NCBI RefSeq assembly: GCF_009914755.1
Contig: NC_060939.1
DNA from: the human T2T-CHM13v2.0 reference genome, Homo sapiens
Direction: 5' to 3' (one strand)
Length of the DNA: 64,000 nt
The position numbers were made by a program, and so were the translations under genes. The notes under the pieces are model-generated. The model was not told the origin of the DNA, did not search any database, and saw nothing but the letters and a program-made list of their open reading frames with translations. Below, piece after piece: positions 42,986 through 64,000 of this stretch. Position 1 is the stretch's first letter. Every line of letters begins with the position of its first letter.

Positions 42986-44759
42986 GCCCGGCCGGCGTGC
43001 AGCTCCCGGCGACCCGGCCCCGACTCCGTTCGGCTGCGCTCGGTCCGCGGGCAACAAAGGCTGCAGGGCCCGCCCCCTTGGCCGCTGCAGAGGCAAAGAA
43101 AAGACAAGAGAGCTAGAAGGAGAGAAAGAAAGAAAGAAAGAAAGGGAGGGAGAGTGAGGGAGGGCGGCTGCCGGCCCCCGCCCCGCCCCTCGGACTCCTT
43201 CCCCCGCCCCTGGCCCCGCCCCGCCCCGGCCGGCCCCGGCCTCATCGGCCCCGCAGGCCGTGCTCGCCTCAAGGGCTGGCCGGCCCGGCGCAGGCAGCGC
43301 CCCGCAACGGATGTCCGCCCCCCTCGCCCCCCTGTCCCGAGCGCCCCCTGCCGGCGGAGCCCTGCCAGGCCTTTCCGACCCCGGCCGGTTGAGGACCCCC
43401 GGAAAGAATCTGGAATTTCCAGAATTAATGTGTTGTCCCTAAATTGGGCTCCACGAGGTGCCCTTCGCTGTGTTCCCCAGGCCAAGCAGGGCAGCCCCTC
43501 AAAAGGGGACGCGGGAGGCCTCCAGAGGGCCACACCGGGGGCCCTGCTTCAAAGCTATCTGCGGAGACAGGCCTGGGCCCTCCCTGGACAGACAGCGGTT
43601 GCCCGCGCGAGGTGGGGCCCCGCAGTTCCTCGTCTCCTGACTCCTCTCCTAGTGCGTTTGCTTGAAGCAGAGCGCAGAGTTGAGCCCACAGGCGGGGGAC
43701 CGCGGCTTCGCCCAGGCCAGCGCCCACAGACTTTCAGCAGGGGCTCCCGGGGAGCCTGGAGGCCGGCCAACCCCAGCCTCACATCCCAGGCCAGCCTCCG
43801 CCTCCAACACCGGCCGTCTGTCCTTCGTGGCCCCAGCCCTGGCTCTGGCTTCCGGCTCCCCTTCCCCCTGTGCTCCCAGGAGCTTCCTTTCTCCCTTCTG
43901 CCGTCACTAAACATGGCCCTGTACCGAGGACGCCCGTCTTGTCCTCGGGGCGGTTGCGGTCAGCTTCCTCCCCTTGGTTAGTCTTTGTGTGCCCCCTGCC
44001 CTCTGAGGCCCGCACACCTCCTCATTGTCCAATCTCCTGGGCCCTTTCATTCAATTCCTGGAAGCTCACTTCTGGCTTCCTCTCCACCCTCAACCTGTCT
44101 GTCCTCTAGGGAATTTGTGTAGCACAGGGTCACCTACTTCCTCCATCTCATCTCCAGTGACCTTCCACTCCACCTCAGCCATCAGGTCTCAGGGCCAAAG
44201 CCTGGGCTGTGTCATCCCTCAGAACTGCTCCATCTTGGAAATCCGAAGCTCAGGTGCCCCCCTGTCAGACCCGACTCTGCAGTCCTTTCCACCTTCACAG
44301 TCCCACTATGTATTGCTCTTCCTCCAGTCCCTTGATACCTTCCTCTTCGCCCAACCTACCAGCCCCTCCTGGCTTCACCTACTTCCCTCCCAGCTACATC
44401 TACTGCTTGACTCCTGGCCCCTACCCAACCACCTTCCATTTCTTCCCCACTGCTTACACCAGCTGGTCTTGCTGCTCAGTGACATGGACAATTCAGACCA
44501 CCACATCCTACCATGCACACTGCATACAATGAGCCTTTGTAGCTGGCACCCACTCACTTCTCCCTCCATCTGGACACAGTGAAACAGGTGCCCTCCAGCA
44601 GTCAGAGACAATGCTTCCACCAGGGCTCTGTGGCTCCCTCCCCTCCTGTCTCCTCAAAGGTCCTGCTCCAGGTGTCCCCTGCTTTCCTTGGTCTCCTTGG
44701 GTTGGTGACCGTCAGTCTAAAAACATTCTTGTCTTCCTCCTATTAAAGATACTGATAAT

Positions 44760-49410
<4,651 letters not shown>

Positions 49411-50808
49411 TCATATCCTTGGTTGTGGAGCTTGTGGCACATAAGCCACAATATGAGATCTATGAGGGCAGAGAATCTTTATTTTGCTCTCTAATGTGTC
49501 CTAAGTACTTCGAACAGTGGCTGGCGTATACTATGTGTTCAATAGCTATTTTCAATATTTAAATAAATGTTACATGATTGATATTCCATTATGTGCATAT
49601 GCCATTATCCTCATCTCCTACTGAAGGATGTTTAGATTGTTTCCAATCTCTTTCTGGCCATGTCCATGATGCACCCATGTGAGTACATCTTTAGGATGAA
49701 GTCCTTGAACTGAGATTGCTGTCAGAAATGTGTGTATTTGTAACTTTGATAGACAGGTATTGCCAAATTAAAGACATTATTTTTGGTGGGTCCCTTCCAC
49801 CCCAGTAAATTGCAAGGATTGCAAAATGATCGAAAATGCCAGTTTAGGTTGCAGATTTCTAAACAAGGATGCTCAAAAAAGCTCCCTCATAAGACAGAAC
49901 TGGGCGGAGTATGAGCTGGCCTTGAAAATGTATGGGATGATTGACTTGGAAAGGGATGCTGAGCTGCCACTGTGGGCCTGATTAGTCATTGTTCTGGAAG
50001 CCCTGGAGACATGGATGTTTTCAATCTATCCCCATTCTCTAGAGCACTGCGGCCTTCACCTGTGAAAGCCATGGCCACAGCTGCCTCTGCAGCTTCAGAG
50101 TGTGTCCTGCTCCCACACTGTAGGGGAGAAATGCCACAGGAAGAGTCATGAAAATTATCCACATTGAGATTTCAGAGCCATCAGTTAGCTGATGGGAAAA
50201 AGGCTCATGATTGGCTTCTACTGCCTTTGAGCCGCCACTTGGGCAGTGAGAATGATGATTTGATGGAGGCAAGTTGAGATAGTGAAGGAATGCTCTATCC
50301 TATCTTCTGTCACTGTGCCTTACACACAATGTCTCATGTAATCTTTCCAACATGAAGCAGATATTATTTTCCTCATTTTATGGATGAAGAAACTGGGGCA
50401 TGGAAAGGTTAAGTAACTTGTCCAACGTCCCACATTTGGAAGTGTCGGGGCCAGGACTGGCCTAATTCCAGTGCCTGGATTTCTAATCGCTCCATATCAC
50501 TGCCTCTCCAAATTACCAATTTCGGCTTCTATCATTAAAGGATCTGTTTCTTCAGGACTCCTCCTTTTAGAGTTGTTTCTAAGTCGGTCAGACAGCTCGA
50601 TATATGGGAGGCTGCCACATCCCCTTCACCAGAGACTCATTGATGAACACCTACTAAGTGCTAATTGCCAAGAGCCATGATGATTTCCAAAGGGACCCTT
50701 AATGATAGCTATCACGTTCTTTCCTGCAGTCAAATCTTATCTTCTTCACTTCTAGCTCATCAACACCAAGAGGGTATGGGCCATGTCTGATGGGCTGGTG
50801 CTTAGTAG

Positions 50809-55490
<4,682 letters not shown>

Positions 55491-55817
55491 AAATACAGCA
55501 TTTAAAAACATTATTTTATTTTTCAATTTTTATTTACTTATTTTTTTTGATACCAAGTTATGAGACTGGCTAATTTTTTAATTTTTGGTAGAGACAGGGT
55601 TTCACCATGTTGCATTATGTTAATTTTCTAGTTAAAAGTTGAGCAACCCTATGAGGTAAACTTACTACAGGTTGAGCATCCCTAATCCAAAAATCCAAAA
55701 TCTGAAATGCTCCTTTTGAGCACTGACCTCATGCCACAGGTGAAAATTCCATACCCGACACCTTTGCTTTCTAATGGTTTAATGTACCTAGACTTGGTTT
55801 CATGCACAAAATTATTT

Positions 55818-56534
55818 TAAAAATATTTATTTCTGTAAACTGTTTGAGTGCAGAGATGTTCTTCACAATCTCAATACAGTACAAATTTCTTCCCCGAAAC
55901 AAAATGAGCAAGGAAAAGAAAAAGAGCTATATAAAATGTGCCCATGAAGAACCAAGCCAATCTCATCTTTCTTTAAAAACAAAACAAAACAATCCTTTTG
56001 AATGTGTCGTGCAGGCCTAGGATTGAGGCCGCAGGCTTTTGGGGCACCATGAGCCCAGGGCTTTGCTCAACTCACAGCTAGTGTGGCAGGCGGAGTAGCC
56101 CCCTAGCCCCAGCCATCCTCACTGCTTGCGCAGAAGCTTCCTGAACCTAAGGGATCTGTTCCCAGCTCTCCTTAAATTCCCAGTCCCCACCCTGTGCCTC
56201 GCTTCCTAACACCCTCGTCGTTTTAGGAGTCCCAGAATTGAATCCTGAAATACTCCCTCCGTCAACTCTGGGCTCAGACCTTTGTCCTTCTCTGTGTCAC
56301 AAGGAAATTTCAGTCGAGAGGGCGGGAACGGGTGTTTTCAGACCGTGCAGCAAAGCCATTGCCAGGCAAGTTTTAAGGCAAATTTTATCTCTTCTTATTT
56401 GATCTGAGCCAGACCTAACCTTCTCACCACCAAGCAATCCTGCCTCTGCTGGACCTACAACTTAGGCAACTCTGGATGGAGGTGGGATGAGGGAGCCCAG
56501 GACAGATTTCAAGAGGTCTGGGAATGGATGTGTG
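55818..56534 (-). pseudogene. probable processed 3'UTR retrocopy (parent gene not identified)
   Basis: 17-bp direct repeats CATGCACAAAATTATTT at 55801-55817 and 56535-56551; AATAAA on the minus strand at 55826-55831; interrupts a Tigger4 element. Confidence 0.75.
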
Positions 56535-56548
56535 CATGCACAAAATTA

Positions 56549-56888
<340 letters not shown>

Positions 56889-57452
56889 TTACCTTCACGC
56901 TATGTGTATAAGGCGTATATAAAATATAAATGCATTCCATGTTTACACGTAGACTCCATCCCCAAGATTTGCATTATACATATGCAAATATTCCAAAATC
57001 CAAAAAAATCCAAAATCTAAAACACTTCTGATCCCAAGCATTTTGAATAAGGGAAACCCAACCTTTATCTCCAATGTACAGACAAGAAAAAATGGAGATT
57101 AAGTCCCTTGCCAGTAACTGGCAGAGCCAGGACTTGTAGGTAGATCTGTCTGCCTCCAGGTGCCAGGCCCCACAGCCATTACCCTATTCCCTGGCGGGAA
57201 ATGCCAAAAGTGTAGAGAAAATACAGATGGTGCAGTAACATTTGAGAAATGTACAGCCTTGCCAGAAATTAAAGGAATGCAAATCCAAGCAACCGTGGAG
57301 CATTTACCACCTATCAAATTTGCGAAGGTTTTTGTGCTTTTGCTATTTAATTTGCTTTACATCCAAGTAATACATGTTCATGGTTTAAAAGAGTCAAGTT
57401 GTATTACAGAAATACAAGCTGAAAACCAGCCCACTCTGCCCTAGCCCATCAA

Positions 57453-57487
57453 ACACACACACACACACACACACGCACACACGCACT
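57453..57487 (+). repeat. (CA)n microsatellite, interrupted
   Basis: direct reading. Confidence 0.9.
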
Positions 57488-57863
57488 CATGCAGTGGGAG
57501 GAGGGGAAGGCCCCTGAGCCAGGCCTGTCTCCCTGCCATGGCCTTGACCTACTGTCTGTTGCTTCCGGACCTCCCCACTTCCTCTGGGCTCTCCAGGGAC
57601 TCTGGGAATACTGGCCTGATATTTCTGTGATCTTCCCAGTGCAGCAAAGCAAGGGGCCGAGTGGCCTATTGTGGAGATGGGAATGGGGAATCAGAGGGAT
57701 TATGCAGCAAGACACCAAAACTTGACACAGTCACCTATAATCTCATGGTGGGAAGTTTTCTCAAGGGAAAAATCAACACTGGCCACATAATTTGTATAAA
57801 ACTACATGTGGAAATGCTATATTTTCATTGCAGTAATAATATAAAGAGTTTTGTGTTTTAGGG

Positions 57864-61857
<3,994 letters not shown>

Positions 61858-62259
61858 CAGCACTGGTCTTTTAAACCCTGTTTGCATGTCTCTTCCTCTG
61901 ACTGCTCCTAGATTAGTTGCTTCTCCGTCTTCAGCCCAGTTGTAAGCAGTGCGGCTGACCTTGGGAAGAAGATCAGGGATACTTGCAGAGCAGACCACAG
62001 TGAAGGTGGGAATGAAGGGTACCCATGGCTAAAGCAGGGGAGGAGAAATGCCTTATCAGGAGCAGGGGTTCAAGGAAGCAGGGCTGGCGGGCAGGGGGCT
62101 GCCAGGCCCCACTGGTCGGACTTGGGCACCCCTCCTTGGTCTTCAGTTGGCTATCTCGGGGCCCACAGGGGAGGTGGAGGGGCGCACTGCCTCCACGGGA
62201 AGAATTTATATGACCTCCCTTCAGCGCCCCCCGAGTATCAGAGTCCCTCTGGGAGACAC

Positions 62260-63860
62260 TGGGAAGCTGGAGCTGCGTCCTCGGGCGGGAACCGGCAGCT
62301 GCGGACCCACACCTTGGGTGAATTGCAGACGCTGTTTCCTCCGGTTCGGGCTTCCGGCCCCCGCGTCTCAGTTCACCCGCAAAGGGTCCCCAGTTCAACG
62401 CTAATTCAAGGGTGAAGAAGCAGCTACTGGAAATAACAGCTCGGAGGCCTTTGGGGTGGGCCACGGGTGCAGCTGGCCAATCGCAGGCTAGCAGGTGGTT
62501 CCCCAGTTTTTTAAAGGTGCTGCCGCGAGGCACTGCAGACCCCCTAGTTCTCTCCCAGCGGCTGCCGGTGTTGGAGTGGATCTGAGCGGATCCCTGCATC
62601 GCCATCAACGGCGATGGCATCCGCCAGAGGCAGGGTCGAATCGCCCGAGCTGTCTGGGCCGTGCTTCCCTTCAGCTGGCCGGAAGAGGCGTCGGGGGCTG
62701 CTCCCTAACAGCTCCCTGGGCAACGGATCAGAGAACACTAGCCCGGCCCGGAGTCCCCGCAGCCTGCATGGCCTGGACGGGGTGGCGGGGGCCGTCCGGG
62801 CGCCGGCGCTGCGGGCTCTGATTGCGGGCGCCTACTGGGCCCTGTGCGCTGTAGGCCTGGTGGGCAACGGCTGGTGCTAGTCCGGGTGAGGTCCCAGCAG
62901 TGGCGCCGCCACTGGCTGCTCAATTGCTTCCTCCTCAATCTGGCAGCCACTGACCTGCAGTTTGTGCTAACGCTGCCCTTTTGGGCCGTGGACACGGTGC
63001 GCGACTTTAGCTGGCCCTTCGGGGGTGCCATCTGCAAGGTGATGCTGACGCTCACCGTGCTCAACATGTATGCCAGCATCTTCCTCCTCAGTGCCATGAG
63101 CGTGGCACGCTATTGCATTGTGACTGGCGCGCTGCCTCCGAGCCATCGGGGCGCATCACGGGCCAGCTGTGTGTGCTGCCTGCTCTGGGCTACGGCCGTC
63201 CTGGCTACGGCGCCCACCGCCCTGTTCGCCACGGCAGCTAGGGTGGGGGGAAAGCACTCGTGCCTGCTGCGCTTCCCCGCCGGCGGCCCCAAATGGCAGG
63301 TGCTCTACCACCTGCAGAAGATCACAGTAGCCTTCGTGCTGCCGCTAGCCACGCTGGGCACCTGTTCGCTGCTGCTGCGCTTCCTGCGACTGTGGTGCGC
63401 ACGCTGGCCGTCGAGGGTCAGGCGCCGACTGCGTTCCCGAGTCACCTGTGCGCTGGCCTGCGTGCTACTGGCCTTCGTGCTCTGCTGGCTGCCCAGCCAA
63501 GCGTTCACACTCTGAGGGGTGCTGATCAAACTGAACGCCATGCCCTTGGACCGCGCTTACTTCCTGGCTCAGGCCTACCTCTTCCCGGTCTCCATCTGCC
63601 TGACGCACTGCAACAACAGCCTCAATCCGCTGCTTTACTGCCTGCTGCGGCGCCACTTCCGACAGGGCCTTCGAGAGCTGTGTAGCTGAGCCCAGCGGCC
63701 GGTGCCCCTCCGAGCAAGCTCCCACGGCAGCGCCCCAGCGGCTGCACTCTTCCAATGAGGGCCGCTTGTCGCTGCGTCAGTATCAAGGGCATGGGGTAAA
63801 GTGGCTCATATCTGGTTGGGGCGATGACGTCAAGAAGCAGGGTCCGACGTCAAGGCCGGT
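62260..63860. promoter_or_regulatory. CpG-rich island over the GPCR pseudogene
   Basis: dense CpG compared with flanks; CCAAT at 62477; TGACGTCA at 63825. Confidence 0.7.
62614..63689 (+). pseudogene. intronless RXFP3/RXFP4-family (relaxin-3/INSL5 receptor-like) class A GPCR pseudogene
   Basis: GLVGN (TM1), LAATDLQFVLTLPFWAVD (TM2), WPFGGAICK, NMYASIFLLSAMSVARY (TM3), CWLP (TM6), NPLLYC (TM7); 1-nt frameshift near 62869-62871 and in-frame TGA at 63513-63515; terminal TGA at 63687-63689. Confidence 0.92.
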
Positions 63861-64000
63861 ATTCTGGGGTCTCTCAGAAGGTCAGGGTTGGTCCATTGGT
63901 GGAGATTACTTAAGATTGAGAGTTCACCATTAATCTGTGTATCCTAAGGTGAGTCCCATCTCCTCTGGCTTCAGTTTCCCCATTTGAAAAGTTTGGGGAT

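Larger units (their letters stand above)
42040..43930. promoter_or_regulatory. ADAMTS7: CpG-island promoter of ADAMTS7 with tandem GC boxes
   Basis: very high GC/CpG density around exon 1; repeated CCCCGCCCC at about 43176-43227; purine tract 43095-43160. Confidence 0.9.

Noticed and set aside
42646-43981. Long ORFs (295 and 275 aa) over the promoter
   Set aside because: Arg/Pro/Gly-rich products of stop-poor CpG-island sequence.
63513-63515. In-frame TGA as selenocysteine or programmed read-through
   Set aside because: The position aligns with a family Trp (TGG>TGA), and an upstream frameshift already breaks the ORF.

Overview
Mammalian genomic DNA, almost certainly human chr15q25. The minus strand carries the CpG-island promoter and coding exons 1-16 of ADAMTS7 (ATG at 42892). 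All 15 internal introns are GT-AG and the exon phases join into one uninterrupted frame of 2518 nt; the remaining exons lie left of the window. This haplotype encodes Pro214 (the rs3825807 G allele). The introns and upstream region are packed with Alu, MIR, L2, HAL1/L1 and DNA-transposon fossils. The most interesting item is about 20 kb upstream and divergent from ADAMTS7: an intronless relaxin-3/INSL5-receptor-family GPCR (RXFP3/RXFP4-like, 62614-63689). It is broken by only one frameshift and one Trp>stop, is still CpG-rich, and is flanked by CCAAT/TATA-like and CRE motifs. The arrangement mirrors the ADAMTS12-RXFP3 pair and suggests a lost RXFP3 ohnologue. Other notable items are an intronic copy of the ADAMTS7 mucin-domain start (SGSGS) in intron 16, a CAGTAG tandem acceptor whose proximal AG creates a stop, a near-in-frame intron 15 with exon-16 read-through, a minimal uORF, and a 3'UTR-like retrocopy nested in a Tigger4 transposon. 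Repeat boundaries are approximate and repeat family names come from recalled consensus sequences.
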